From Desulfobacterales bacterium (GTDB lineage: Bacteria; Desulfobacterota; Desulfobacteria; Desulfobacterales; 4572-123): 40,000 bases of DNA. Below the pieces are notes generated by a model. The model saw nothing but the letters and a program-made list of their open reading frames with translations. It was not told the origin of the DNA and made no database searches. Below, piece after piece: positions 18,835-28,725 of the stretch; positions within the stretch are counted from its first letter, which is position 1, and every line of letters begins with the position of its first letter. The stretch spans positions 928,118-968,117 of the forward strand of contig CAXXLK010000002.1 in the NCBI GenBank assembly GCA_963667755.2. The letters run 5' to 3'. The position numbers and the translations under genes are program-made.

Positions 18835-20499
18835 TTAAACCACTGACGCCTCTTTGATCTCCTTGAGTCCAATCCCTTTTTCTTTTCTCATTTTCAATAC
18901 ATTATCAAGCCAATCCGGATCCATTTCAGGAACCGAAGAGAGCAACAGTTCCGTGTATTCATGGTATGGCGGATCAAGGACTTTCTTTTTGATGCCCTGT
19001 TCGATAATTCTGCCCTGCAGCATGACCACGATCTCATCGGATATGGCCTTTACCGTTGCCAGGTCGTGGGTAATAAAGAGATAGGATACCTGTAATTCGT
19101 TTTGCAGATCCTGTAGCAATTTCAGAACCCCTTCGGCCACCAACTGGTCCAGGGCCGACGTTACTTCATCACAGATAATCAGATCCGGTTTTGCCGCCAG
19201 GGCCCGGGCGATACAGATCCGCTGCTTTTCACCCCCTGACATTTCACCGGGGAAGCGATCGATATATTTTTTAGGCTTCAGTTCAATCATTTCCAAAAGC
19301 TCTCGGATTCTATCTTCCTTTTCCTTGCCATGAAGATTAAAATAAAATGTCAGGGGACGTCCGATGACATCCCTCACTTTTTGCCGGGGGTTAAGGGCCG
19401 TGTCCGGCATTTGATAAATCATCTGCATGATCCTCAGTGTTTCCCGGGCCCGTGCCTTTAAGGCTGGCGGCAACACCTTGCCGCCGTATGTAATTTCTCC
19501 CTCCAGGGGCGGCAGCAGACCGGTGATAACCCGCGCCAGGGTGCTTTTGCCGCTGCCCGATTCACCCACCAAGGCAACGGTCCTGGCGCGTCTGACGACA
19601 AGGTTGATGTCTTCAAGCACCTTTTCACTGGCCTTGCCCGTGTAGCTGGCCGATATATTGTCAACTTTCAGAACAATATCGTGTTCAGTGGCGGAAAGAT
19701 CCCTCTCTTCCCTGAGAGATCGGACTGACAGCAGGGCCCGGGTATAGTCCTCTTTGGGATTGGCCATCAATTCCCTGGCATTATTTTCTTCGATGAGATC
19801 ACCGTATTTGAGGACCATGATGCGATCAGCCAATTGAGCCACTACGGCCAGGTCGTGGGTGATGTAAATCGCTGCCGTTTTAAATTCCCGGGTTATTTTC
19901 TTGATGGCGGCAAGGACCTCGATCTGCGTTGTCACGTCCAATGCGGTTGTGGGCTCATCAAAAATGATGAGATCCGGTGTGCAGGCCATGGCCATGGCCA
20001 CCATGGCCCGCTGGAGCTGCCCTCCCGAAACCTGATGGGGGTAGCGGTAACCGATCCCTTCAGGATCCGGCAACAGAAGGCGCCGATATATGTCCACGGC
20101 TTTTTCTTCCGCTTTTTGGAAATTCATCAGGCCGTGCTGAATCGGCGCTTCCGCATATTGTTTGATGAGCCGGTGCGCCGGATTAAACGAGGCGGCTGCG
20201 CTTTGTGCGACATAGGAGATACGAACGCCTCTGATTTTTTTTAACTCATTTCTCGGTGCGCCCACCAGTTCCATGCCGTCAAAGACAATCGATCCGGAGG
20301 AGATACGACAGCCCCCCCGGGTGTAGGCCATGGAGGCTAGCCCGAAGGTGGATTTCCCCGCCCCGGATTCTCCAATCAGACCAAGAACTTCACCTCTGTC
20401 CAGCGTGAGGTCAAGGCCCTTTATGATCGGCATCCATTTCTCTTCATCCGAACTGTAACCGTCTATCACTATTTTTTTCATTTCAAGCAGATGGGTCAT
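18835..20499 (-). CDS. ABC transporter ATP-binding protein with duplicated ATPase domains (DppD/DppF-type fusion)
   Basis: 554-aa ORF with two Walker A motifs (GESGAGKST, GESGSGKST), two signatures (VSGGQLQR, MSGGEKQR) and two Walker B motifs (IIFDEPTTALD, LICDEVTSALD). Confidence 0.9.
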   Translation of the reverse strand: MTHLLEMKKIVIDGYSSDEEKWMPIIKGLDLTLDRGEVLGLIGESGAGKSTFGLASMAYTRGGCRISSGSIVFDGMELVGAPRNELKKIRGVRISYVAQSAAASFNPAHRLIKQYAEAPIQHGLMNFQKAEEKAVDIYRRLLLPDPEGIGYRYPHQVSGGQLQRAMVAMAMACTPDLIIFDEPTTALDVTTQIEVLAAIKKITREFKTAAIYITHDLAVVAQLADRIMVLKYGDLIEENNARELMANPKEDYTRALLSVRSLREERDLSATEHDIVLKVDNISASYTGKASEKVLEDINLVVRRARTVALVGESGSGKSTLARVITGLLPPLEGEITYGGKVLPPALKARARETLRIMQMIYQMPDTALNPRQKVRDVIGRPLTFYFNLHGKEKEDRIRELLEMIELKPKKYIDRFPGEMSGGEKQRICIARALAAKPDLIICDEVTSALDQLVAEGVLKLLQDLQNELQVSYLFITHDLATVKAISDEIVVMLQGRIIEQGIKKKVLDPPYHEYTELLLSSVPEMDPDWLDNVLKMRKEKGIGLKEIKEASVV

Positions 20500-20528
20500 C
20501 GTTAAGTTACCTCACAGAAGCATTGCTG

Positions 20529-21353
20529 TTAATCTTTCAATCCGCTGGCGATCTTTAAAAACCAGTCGACAATCAGATTGACACCCACCGTCAAAAATGC
20601 AATGGCGCCGGCGGGCCATAACGGTGTCAGAATGCCGAAGGTGATGGCCCCGGCATTCTCCCGAACCATGCCGCCCCAATCCGCTGTGGGCGGCTGGATG
20701 CCAAGCCCCAGAAAACTGAGGGCCGCGATGAATAAAAATACGAAACAGAACCGCAGGCCGAATTCCGCAACCAGCGGCGGCATGGCATTGGGCAGAATTT
20801 CTTTGCGCATGACCCAGATGATGCCCTCTCCGCGAAGCCTCGCCGCTTCAACGAACTCCATGACATTAATATCCATGGCAACGGCCCTTGAGAGACGAAA
20901 CACCCGGGTGGAATCAAGCACCGCGATGACCAATATTAATGCGGGCACGGATGTCCCCACCACGGACAGGGCCATCAAGGCAAAAATAAGCGTTGGAAAC
21001 GCCATCAGGATGTCGACAATACGGCTGATAAACAATTCGGGCCAGCCTCCGATGACCGCCGCGAAAAAGCCTATCAGCGCACCGAAAAAAAACGAAAGAA
21101 GTGTGGTGACAAATGCGATGACAATGGTGTTCCGGGCACCGTACAACAACCGTGTGAACATATCACGCCCCAGGTGGTCCGTACCGAGCAGGTGGTCCGA
21201 ACTCGAAGGCAGCCAGACGTCCCCCACCATTTCCGTTTCAGAATAGGGGGCGATCACCGGAACAAAAATAGCTGCAAAGATATTGATCAGTATCATTGCA
21301 AGACCAATGCGGGCGCTCAGGGGTGATTGTCTCAGCAATTTTAAAAAGCCCAT
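20529..21353 (-). CDS. ABC transporter permease (DppC/OppC-like)
   Basis: 274-aa hydrophobic ORF with LGTDHLGRDMFTRLLYGARN and the EAARLRGEG EAA-loop region. Confidence 0.85.
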   Translation of the reverse strand: MGFLKLLRQSPLSARIGLAMILINIFAAIFVPVIAPYSETEMVGDVWLPSSSDHLLGTDHLGRDMFTRLLYGARNTIVIAFVTTLLSFFFGALIGFFAAVIGGWPELFISRIVDILMAFPTLIFALMALSVVGTSVPALILVIAVLDSTRVFRLSRAVAMDINVMEFVEAARLRGEGIIWVMRKEILPNAMPPLVAEFGLRFCFVFLFIAALSFLGLGIQPPTADWGGMVRENAGAITFGILTPLWPAGAIAFLTVGVNLIVDWFLKIASGLKD

Positions 21354-21366
21354 CGAAGCCTTCTCC

Positions 21367-22329
21367 TTATTTTGATCTTGGATGCAGCAACCTGGGGTTG
21401 CTGAGAATTGACAGTATGTCAGCCAGAAGATTCAGTGAAATATAAACGACGGCAAAAATAAGGCCGCTGGCCTGAACAACGGGGATGTCCCGCTTGGCTA
21501 CCGAGTCCACCAGAAGCTGGCCCAGCCCCGGATAAACAAATACCACCTCAACAATCACGACACCCACCACCAGATAGGCCAGATTAAGGGCAACAACGTT
21601 AATCACCGGTGAAAGGGCGTTTGGAAATGCGTGCACAACAATAACCCGCATCCGTTTCAGCCCCTTTAATCTGGCCATCTCCACATAGGAACTGGCAAGG
21701 ACATTGATGACGGCCGCACGGGTCTGGCGCATCATGTGGGCGGTAACAATAAATGTAAGGGTCAGGCTGGGAAGAATAATGGCATCGATTTTCTGCCAGA
21801 ACGACATCTGCTCGTTGATATTGGAAATACTGGGGAAAATAACCAGTTTCACAGACAGCAGTGCAATGAGAATATAGGCGACGAAGAATTCGGGAAAAGA
21901 GATGGCGCTGAGGGTGGCTGTGGAAATCGCTTTATCAAAGAGGGTGTCGCGATAAAGCGCGGCCAGGAGCCCGAGAATGATGGCAATGGGTATGGATATT
22001 ACCGCCGCCGAGCTGGCTAGAAATATGGTGTTCTCAAATCGCCAGCCGATAAGTTGGGTAATCGGCCGGCCGTTGGCAAGGGAGTTCCCAAAATCTCCCC
22101 TGGCAAAGCTGCCCAGCCAGCTGAAATAACGGACATGGGGGGGAAGGTCTAATTTGAGTTCCTTTCTAAACGCCGCAACGGTTTCAGGCGTTGCCTCCTG
22201 TCCCAGGATCGCTTCCGCCAGATCACCGGGAAGCGCCTCCACGCCAACGAAAATGAGAAGAGAGATGACGATGATCGTCATTAGCCCCAGGGCCATTCGC
22301 TTTGCCACCATTATGATGATGTCATTCAT
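21367..22329 (-). CDS. ABC transporter permease (DppB/OppB-like)
   Basis: I moved the start to the ATG at 22329 (MNDIIIMVAKRMALGLMTIIV...), just downstream of the preceding gene's stop at 22343. It contains the SSYVEMARLKGLK EAA-loop region. Confidence 0.85.
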   Translation of the reverse strand: MNDIIIMVAKRMALGLMTIIVISLLIFVGVEALPGDLAEAILGQEATPETVAAFRKELKLDLPPHVRYFSWLGSFARGDFGNSLANGRPITQLIGWRFENTIFLASSAAVISIPIAIILGLLAALYRDTLFDKAISTATLSAISFPEFFVAYILIALLSVKLVIFPSISNINEQMSFWQKIDAIILPSLTLTFIVTAHMMRQTRAAVINVLASSYVEMARLKGLKRMRVIVVHAFPNALSPVINVVALNLAYLVVGVVIVEVVFVYPGLGQLLVDSVAKRDIPVVQASGLIFAVVYISLNLLADILSILSNPRLLHPRSK

Positions 22330-22342
22330 TTTTTCACCGTTT

Positions 22343-24256
22343 TTAAGATGTTTGTAACACAGATTTCGGTTGATATTTTTTCGGGAGCGGTGTGTTTTCC
22401 TCAAAAGGTATGGCCAGCTTGAAAACACCCTCATCAAGCCGTGAGAAGACCTTTAATTCGCCTTTTTCAAAAATTCGCAACATGGCTTTATTGTGCTCCA
22501 GAATTTCAGCAACAAGCCCCTTCAGACCTCTTTTTTTAGCCAGTTTTATCAACATGCGGTACATGTAGGAGGCAATGCCGAGGCCATTATAGGCCTCATC
22601 GATGAAAAACGCCAGATCGCCGAATTCCGCTTCGTCTATTTTTGCAAAGCGAGCCTCGGCGATGATGGTTTCCTCTTTAGCATCTCCAAGAATGGCAACG
22701 ATAGAGACATCGGTGCTGTAATCAATGTTGACATATGCCTGCATGTCCTGGTGCTTCATGATTGAAATGGGAAAGAAAAACCGGCTTTGGATACCTTTTT
22801 TTGAAAACCGATAAAACAGGTGCCGCATGGCTGCTTCATCCGAAGGTTTGGTAGGCCTGAAACGGACTTTTACCCCCCCCTTAAAGAGATGTTCCCCCAT
22901 GATGTCCAATGGGTAAAATCGGCCTATATTTATGGGATAAGCCTGATCCTTGAAAAGAATTCGTTTCTCTTTTGCGACCCGGATCAATGCCTCTCTGTCA
23001 TCTGGATGGGCGATGTCGATAAGGGATAGTGCCCGTTCTTTGAGGGTGCGCCACTTCAGGTTTGCGATGCCATATTCTGTGACAACCGCATCGATGGATT
23101 CTCTCATATGAAATTGATTGCGCAGGTCTCGAAGCATAGCGACAATATTGGGGGTGCCCCTGTTGTTTCTGCTGGGCAGCCCGACAATTGTCCGCCCCCC
23201 CGCAGAAAGTTCGGCGCCGGTAAAAAGGTCGGCAGACTGCCCCGGGCCTGTTACGAGATTACCCTTGCCCATGGAAAAAGAAATACGCCCCAGCAAATCG
23301 ACTTTGTTGGCCTCCTGTATGACAACAAAGTTGGAATTCCGCCCGATCTGTATCGGGTTTAAGACCTGTTCGATGCTCTGGAATTCCACAACCGGATTAC
23401 GATCCAGCCATTGCAGCAAACGAGGCGTACCCAGCGCATAAGAGGTCACTGATTTTCCCCGGAACACCTCTTTGCGATAATTGGAAACGGCGCCGCTTTT
23501 TACCAGATCCATGAGTGCATCCGTAAAATAGGCTGTATGAATACCCAGATGCTTTTTGGACATCAGGGTCTGGCTCAACGCATCGAACAAGGGGCCTGTA
23601 TGAAAATTGATACAATCGCCGTCCTGTATTATCTGCGCGATATTTGCGGCCACTTTATTGATGACAGGTTTGACGGGATACCGTTTAAAATAAAGTGGCG
23701 GCACCGTGGCTTCAACAAGGAGGTCAAAATCAGAAATAGAAACAATCGTATCACCCAAGGTAAAGGGGATCTGGGTATTGATTTCCCCGACAACCAGGGA
23801 CGCCCGATGCATGGCCTCCCTCGCAATATCGATGGCAACCCCCATAGAGCAGTATCCCGCACTGTCCGGCGGCGTAATCTGAACGAATGACACATCGATG
23901 GGAATCCGGTTGGACTTGATCAGTTCCTGTATCTGGGAAATGCGTCCGGGGATTAAATCAACATTGCCCGCAATAACCGCTTCACTGGAAATCCATGTGG
24001 AAAAGAATGTTTTAAGCCGATATTTCTGGTAATCCAGTTTTTTTAATGAAAAAAAATCACTATGGCTGGACAGCTGAATCAATTCCAGATCATGAAGATT
24101 GGGATAATCAGAGGCAAACAGCTGTTGCGTGAGTGTTCGGGGCTCTGCAACGCCACTTCCCACAAAAATACTCATCCCGGGTTTGATATACGTTAATATT
24201 TCCTCGGGAGGTACCACCCGTTGTCGCCATTGCATGTGATTCTCGTGATCTCCCAT
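22343..24256 (-). CDS. Fusion protein: acetyl-CoA hydrolase/transferase-family domain plus C-terminal GNAT acetyltransferase domain
   Basis: 637-aa ORF. The N-terminal ~430 aa resemble 4-hydroxybutyrate/acetyl-CoA transferases (GMSIFVGSGVAEP...ELIQL...VSFVQITPPDSAGYCSMGV). The C-terminal ~170 aa carry a GNAT core (AFFIDEAYNGLGIASYMYRMLIKLAKKRGLKGL, matching the Q/RxxGxG/A motif). Confidence 0.8.
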   Translation of the reverse strand: MGDHENHMQWRQRVVPPEEILTYIKPGMSIFVGSGVAEPRTLTQQLFASDYPNLHDLELIQLSSHSDFFSLKKLDYQKYRLKTFFSTWISSEAVIAGNVDLIPGRISQIQELIKSNRIPIDVSFVQITPPDSAGYCSMGVAIDIAREAMHRASLVVGEINTQIPFTLGDTIVSISDFDLLVEATVPPLYFKRYPVKPVINKVAANIAQIIQDGDCINFHTGPLFDALSQTLMSKKHLGIHTAYFTDALMDLVKSGAVSNYRKEVFRGKSVTSYALGTPRLLQWLDRNPVVEFQSIEQVLNPIQIGRNSNFVVIQEANKVDLLGRISFSMGKGNLVTGPGQSADLFTGAELSAGGRTIVGLPSRNNRGTPNIVAMLRDLRNQFHMRESIDAVVTEYGIANLKWRTLKERALSLIDIAHPDDREALIRVAKEKRILFKDQAYPINIGRFYPLDIMGEHLFKGGVKVRFRPTKPSDEAAMRHLFYRFSKKGIQSRFFFPISIMKHQDMQAYVNIDYSTDVSIVAILGDAKEETIIAEARFAKIDEAEFGDLAFFIDEAYNGLGIASYMYRMLIKLAKKRGLKGLVAEILEHNKAMLRIFEKGELKVFSRLDEGVFKLAIPFEENTPLPKKYQPKSVLQTS

Positions 24257-24499
24257 GGGGCCTTCATCCGGATTTAGTATGGGTCTAAACAGTTATTTGC
24301 TTGCTGCTGCGCAAAACTCAGCATACACCACTTTCATGTAAAAAAAAGGATAGGGCCTTGACCATCGCTTGGGCCACATTCGCAAAAAGGCTGACGCCTG
24401 AACGCCTACGAAATGAAGGTCTTCGGTCGAAACGATGATCAAAGCCCGGAATCAACAACGTATCAGCACCTTTTGATTTGTCATGAAGAACGCCGAGGT

Positions 24500-26089
24500 T
24501 TATTTGAACCACCATCTTTCAGCGTTGTGTTGCCCATCCGCTTCCATGTGGCCTGAAATGGTGTCGTGGCCGACCTTGTCGGACAGTGCCTCGACGATCT
24601 GGGCGAACATGGGAATGATGGTCCCGCCTTCATCTTTGCAGATCTCCTGCATATCCGCATACATCTGTGCCCGTTTTTTTTCGTCGAGTTCCGCCTTGGC
24701 TTCTACGAGCAGTTTGGTGAATTTTTCATTATCCCAGTGCGCATCGTTCCAGGGTGCGCCGGAGGCATAGGCCACGGAAAACATCATGTCTTCGGTGGGG
24801 CGTCCACTCCAGTAGCACATACAGAACTCTTTCTTTGTCCAGACGTTGCTCCAGTAGCCGTCGGCCGGTTCCCGCACCACATTGACGTTGATGCCTGCTT
24901 TTTTAGCATGCTCCTGAAACAGGATGGCGGCATCGTCGGCACCCGAAAAAGCAGCCTCGGAACTGTGCAGGTTAAATGTGTGGTTTTCCATGCCGGCCTT
25001 TTTCATGTAGAAGCGGGCCTTGTCCGGATCGTAGTGTCGTTGCTTGAGGTTTTTGGCATGATAGCGGTTGATCGGTGCAATGGGGTGATCGTTTCCAACC
25101 TCGCCGTAGCCATTCAGGATTCGTTTCACCATATCATCGCGATTTACGGCATACTTGAGACCCAGACGGACATTATTATCGTCATACGGTTTCATCTTGG
25201 TGTGCATGGGCATGGTGTAGTGGAAGGTAGCGGTCACTGCGCTGATTTCAATGCCCTTTGACCGTTTCAGGAGATGGATGGTTTTCCGTTCACAGCGGTC
25301 CATGAAGTGAATCTGCCCTGTCTTGACGGCGCTGGTTCTGGCATTGACATCGTTGATGGCAAGGGTTTCCACCTTGTCGAAATGAGCCCGACCCGCTTTC
25401 CAGTAGTTTGGGTTTCTTCTGGTGATGGCGGTGACACCCGGTTCCCATTTCTCAAGGATATACCCCCCCGTACCGATCCCTTTTTCAAAGTCCATTCCCT
25501 TTGTGCCGGCCTTGAACACGGATAGATGGTAATCACCCATGATGAACGGAAAATCGGCAAAGCCGGCGTCAAGTTCAAAAATCACGCGATGTTTGCCATC
25601 GGCCTTGATGTTTGTGACCGGTTTCAGATATTCTTTGGCAGCAGACTTAGAGTCTTCTCCCCGATGGTGGTTCATGGTATAGATCACATCTTCTGCATCC
25701 AGAGACTTTCCGTCGTGAAACTCCACGCCCTTGCGCAGGTTGAAGATCCATTTTTTGGCATCCGGCGATGATTCCCAGCTTTCGGCCAGCTCCGGAATGG
25801 GCTGAAGGTTGTGGTCGATCTCCGTCAGGCAGTTTCTCAGTTGCCATTCCACATTGATGTTCCAGCTGGATGTGTGGGTGGCCGGATCCAGTGTGTCGCT
25901 TGTGGATCCGCCGGTCTGCGCCTGTATAAAATGCCCCCCTTTTTTGGGTACTGCCGCCGCTGCCCTGCGCGGCAGTAAGGCCGGGGATATCGCCACTGTC
26001 AACCCTAGGGCCGCCGCCTGGGACAAGAATTGCCTCCTGCTGATTTTGCCTTCCACAAGCAGTTTTTCCAGAAAATTCAATGCGCTCAT
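24500..26089 (-). CDS. ABC transporter substrate-binding protein, family 5 (DppA/OppA-like), Tat signal
   Basis: 529-aa ORF with a twin-arginine leader (SRRQFLSQAAALGLTVAI...AAAA). A family-5 SBP is expected next to Dpp-type permeases. A GAGGAGG RBS is present. Confidence 0.85.
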   Translation of the reverse strand: MSALNFLEKLLVEGKISRRQFLSQAAALGLTVAISPALLPRRAAAAVPKKGGHFIQAQTGGSTSDTLDPATHTSSWNINVEWQLRNCLTEIDHNLQPIPELAESWESSPDAKKWIFNLRKGVEFHDGKSLDAEDVIYTMNHHRGEDSKSAAKEYLKPVTNIKADGKHRVIFELDAGFADFPFIMGDYHLSVFKAGTKGMDFEKGIGTGGYILEKWEPGVTAITRRNPNYWKAGRAHFDKVETLAINDVNARTSAVKTGQIHFMDRCERKTIHLLKRSKGIEISAVTATFHYTMPMHTKMKPYDDNNVRLGLKYAVNRDDMVKRILNGYGEVGNDHPIAPINRYHAKNLKQRHYDPDKARFYMKKAGMENHTFNLHSSEAAFSGADDAAILFQEHAKKAGINVNVVREPADGYWSNVWTKKEFCMCYWSGRPTEDMMFSVAYASGAPWNDAHWDNEKFTKLLVEAKAELDEKKRAQMYADMQEICKDEGGTIIPMFAQIVEALSDKVGHDTISGHMEADGQHNAERWWFK

Positions 26090-26369
26090 TGGTTCCTCCT
26101 CTACTTTTTAGGGGTTACGTTCAATGTGAAATCAACTTGCCGGTTTTTAAAAAAAGCAATTTTGAGTTGTTGATTACTTTTAGCAACATCTGGTTTAAAT
26201 TTATGATTATGGCTCAATTTGTATGCCGCTATAATATTTTGAATTAAGCTAATACTATACAATAATATTGATGGAAAGTATAGGTGTTTTTATTTTATAT
26301 AAAATCAATAGCTTATAGTTGAAGTTGGCTCGCCTGATATCTTCCGGAAGCCCCTGGCCCGCCGGCGCA

Positions 26370-26954
26370 TCATAGGCGACTGTGCAGTCTGGCCAATAGA
26401 TCGGGCAACCATCCTAATGCCAGCTGTTCGAGGGCTTCCCGGGCGGGCCGTCCGGTAGTGGCCTCCCAGCTCCGCTGGCGGTAGAATTCTGCCGCTGCGG
26501 TATCGACTTCCGAGCGGTTCATACGTTTGCCATGGGTGGGTCTACCTTTGAGCGGTGTCGTAAAAATTTTTCTGCAAGTTTGTCCCTATCCCGGCTAAAG
26601 CCTTCCCGATAATTAAAGGCCCGCATCACATTCACCCGGCGGGCACCGACGGTAAGCAGTTCTTCCAGGGTTACGTTCCACCCGGTCACGGACTGAACGA
26701 GCGTGACATAATCGTCAGGCCCGTACAGCTGCCATGAAGCGCCCCAACAAAACGGGCAGACACAGAGGCTGTCGGCCCGGTTGAATATATCCTGGATCTG
26801 AATTGTATGTCCCGGCTTTAGCGACGCCTGCATCACTGATCAGGAAGACGTTCCTGGATTCCGTTAATGCAGAAATTTCATCTCCTATCTGTTCGACGCG
26901 ATCAACCCCGAAGGAGATGTTGCCAACCCCTGGAAAGGTAATTGGAATCATCAC
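26370..26954 (-). pseudogene. Chimeric relic: N-terminus of an iron-type alcohol dehydrogenase joined to the frameshifted C-terminus of an aldehyde:ferredoxin oxidoreductase
   Basis: 26954-26811 encodes MMIPITFPGVGNISFGVDRVEQIGDEISALTESRNVFLISDAGVAKAG, an Fe-ADH N-terminal pattern. From about 26803 a different frame reads IQIQDIFNRADSLCVCPF...VTGWNVTLEELLTVGARRVNVMRAFNYREGFSRDRDKLAEKFL. After a frameshift near 26556-26570, beside an A5T5 run, it reads TPLKGRPTHGKRMNRSEVDTAAAEFYRQRSWEATTGRPAREALEQLAL, with the stop at 26370-26372. This parallels the C-terminus of the intact AOR at 15081-16844. Confidence 0.65.
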
Positions 26955-27230
26955 AATCCTTTCAAAATAAGCAGGCCGGCCTTTGGCGATTATCCATCCA
27001 GAAACGAGAACTTTTGTTCAAAATCAGGGTATGCACAAGTTTTATCAGAAACAAATGATTGATATTCTACAGCTATTCTTTGATGAACGTGCAAAAAGTA
27101 TTTGGGATGGTTAAGTAGAAATCGTCTATATAAGGCATAGGGATTTACCAGGGGCGAAGGCAACCATATGGTATATCGAGTCTCTGGAAAGTCCCTATAA
27201 CGCAGTAGATGGCGACTTTTTACGACGCCA

Positions 27231-28703
27231 TCATTCTTTGATCCCCAGCTCTTTTTCGGCGCCGTCAACAATGTCACGCAGCTGTTTGAGGACAGCCCCT
27301 GAAAGTTTCGGTGGTTCATATGTTTCAAGAATGTGTCGAACCGCTTCGCCGGCCCGCTCGTATGCATCCTTTGAACCGTTTTCTTCCCAGCGGAATCTCA
27401 TCTGCCGGTTCAGCAGCTTCGGGCTTGTGGTCAGCCGCATGTGCTTGAAGGTGGATTCGTGAGCCAGATAATCCTTGAAAGGGCCGACCTCCTTGATGGT
27501 ATCGATGGACAGGGTTTCGTCATTGACCTCAATGCCGTTTACCGTCCGTTTGATCATACCGGCCACTTCGTTATCCAATACCAGTTGTGCCAGATCAAAG
27601 GTGATACCCATTTCCAGCATTCCCAAGCCGTAAATTACGTTGCACCCTGACAACGCAGGCAAGATACCGGTGATGGTTTTTTCATGGCCGGACTGGTAGT
27701 CAACCACTTTGCTGTCGCCCTATCCACCGGCGGCGAAACTGGGCAACCCATAGTAGCGGGCAAGCCGGGCCACCGCCGCATTGATCATGGCCGTCTCAGG
27801 GGCACCCACCGTTGCCGTGGCATACTTCAGGTCCAGAGGGCAGGTGGAACTGGCATAAATGAACGGCGTCCCTTTTTTAACCAGTTGGCCCAGAACAAGA
27901 CTTGCCAGATTTTCGCTGTTTTGCTGTACCAATGTTCCGGCAATGTGGATGGGGGAAGAGCCGCCGGTCATGGCCATGCCGATACAGTTTAACCCAATGC
28001 CGTTTCGGGCCGCTTCGATAATGATGTCACAATGGTGGGACGACAGCTTCAAGGGGCTGATGGGACAGGTCACAAAGGTCAGAAACGGTCTTTCCCTGAA
28101 TTTATCCATATCCCCGGCGATGGCAGCGCACATTTCAAGAATTTTTCCGCACTGATACCGGTCCACCGGACCCAGCCAGTGATGCTTGGTCGTATTGGTG
28201 AGTGATGCCTCGGCATTGTGCAGTGCCTGCACCCTGGGGTCTTTATCATGGGAAAGCATGCAGCGTTCATAGGTTTCCACATGTTCCAGAGAATCGATGA
28301 GCCTGGCGGCCATCTCGATATCGGCCTTGGTGGTTTTACGATGTTCTCCCGTATAAGGATCGACAAACATGATGCCTTCACCAAAATTGGTGAACGTCAC
28401 CCGGTTGGCTTCCAGAACCACATCGCTCTCCGGTATGCGGCCGTAGGCATGAAACGTAGCCGGCGCCGTCCGGATCGACGCTTCCACCAGATAGGGTGGG
28501 AGGGTAACGACTTTTGTTTTTTCATTCACACTGGCGCCGGCAGCACCGAAGATCTGCCTTGCCTCTTCACTTTCCACAAAAACACCGGTGCATTTCAGGA
28601 TTTCAAGGGAACCCAGGTGTATTTCATGCACTTCGTCGTCGGTGAGTGTGTTTAGACTGAAGCCGCCGCTGGATAATTTCCCGGATTTGGTTGGTCGCTT
28701 CAT
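27231..28703 (-). CDS. mttB: Trimethylamine:corrinoid methyltransferase MttB with in-frame UAG (predicted pyrrolysine), copy 1
   Basis: Track ORFs 27720..28703 and 27231..27707 share one frame and are separated only by TAG at 27720-27722. The read-through sequence is ...YYGLPSFAAGG[TAG]GDSKVVDYQSGHEKT... The total of 490 codons is a typical MttB length. An AGGAGG RBS lies 5 nt upstream of the ATG at 28703. Confidence 0.85.
27720..27722 (-). other. In-frame UAG, candidate pyrrolysine codon (mttB copy 1)
   Basis: The plus strand reads cta and the minus strand reads GGT GGA TAG GGC GAC AGC AAA. The position aligns with the TAG of copy 2 and with a Met codon in the non-Pyl paralog at 13048-14523. 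Confidence 0.85.
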
Positions 28704-28725
28704 TTTTTCCTCCTGTAGAAGTCAT

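Noticed and set aside
24262-24290. CTA-containing stretch (CCATACTAAATCCGG on the minus strand), checked while scanning intergenic regions for pylT
   Set aside because: There are no complementary stems around it, and the base that would be position 33 is A rather than U. No other intergenic region showed a CUCUAAA-type loop, so I report no pylT in this window.
26990-27367. 125-aa minus-strand ORF (and the 75-aa ORF 16964..17191)
   Set aside because: Both overlap the 3' ends of confidently called genes (mttB copy 1 and the beta-hydroxyacid dehydrogenase) in another frame. Neither has an RBS or family similarity.
27231-28703. Interpreting the split mttB and mtbB ORF pairs as ordinary nonsense pseudogenes
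   Set aside because: All three interruptions are TAG specifically and fall at the family's pyrrolysine column. No frameshift or other lesion accompanies them, and conserved sequence continues downstream. The truly decayed genes in this window (34303-34955, 26370-26954, 1190-1649) instead show TAA stops and frameshifts.
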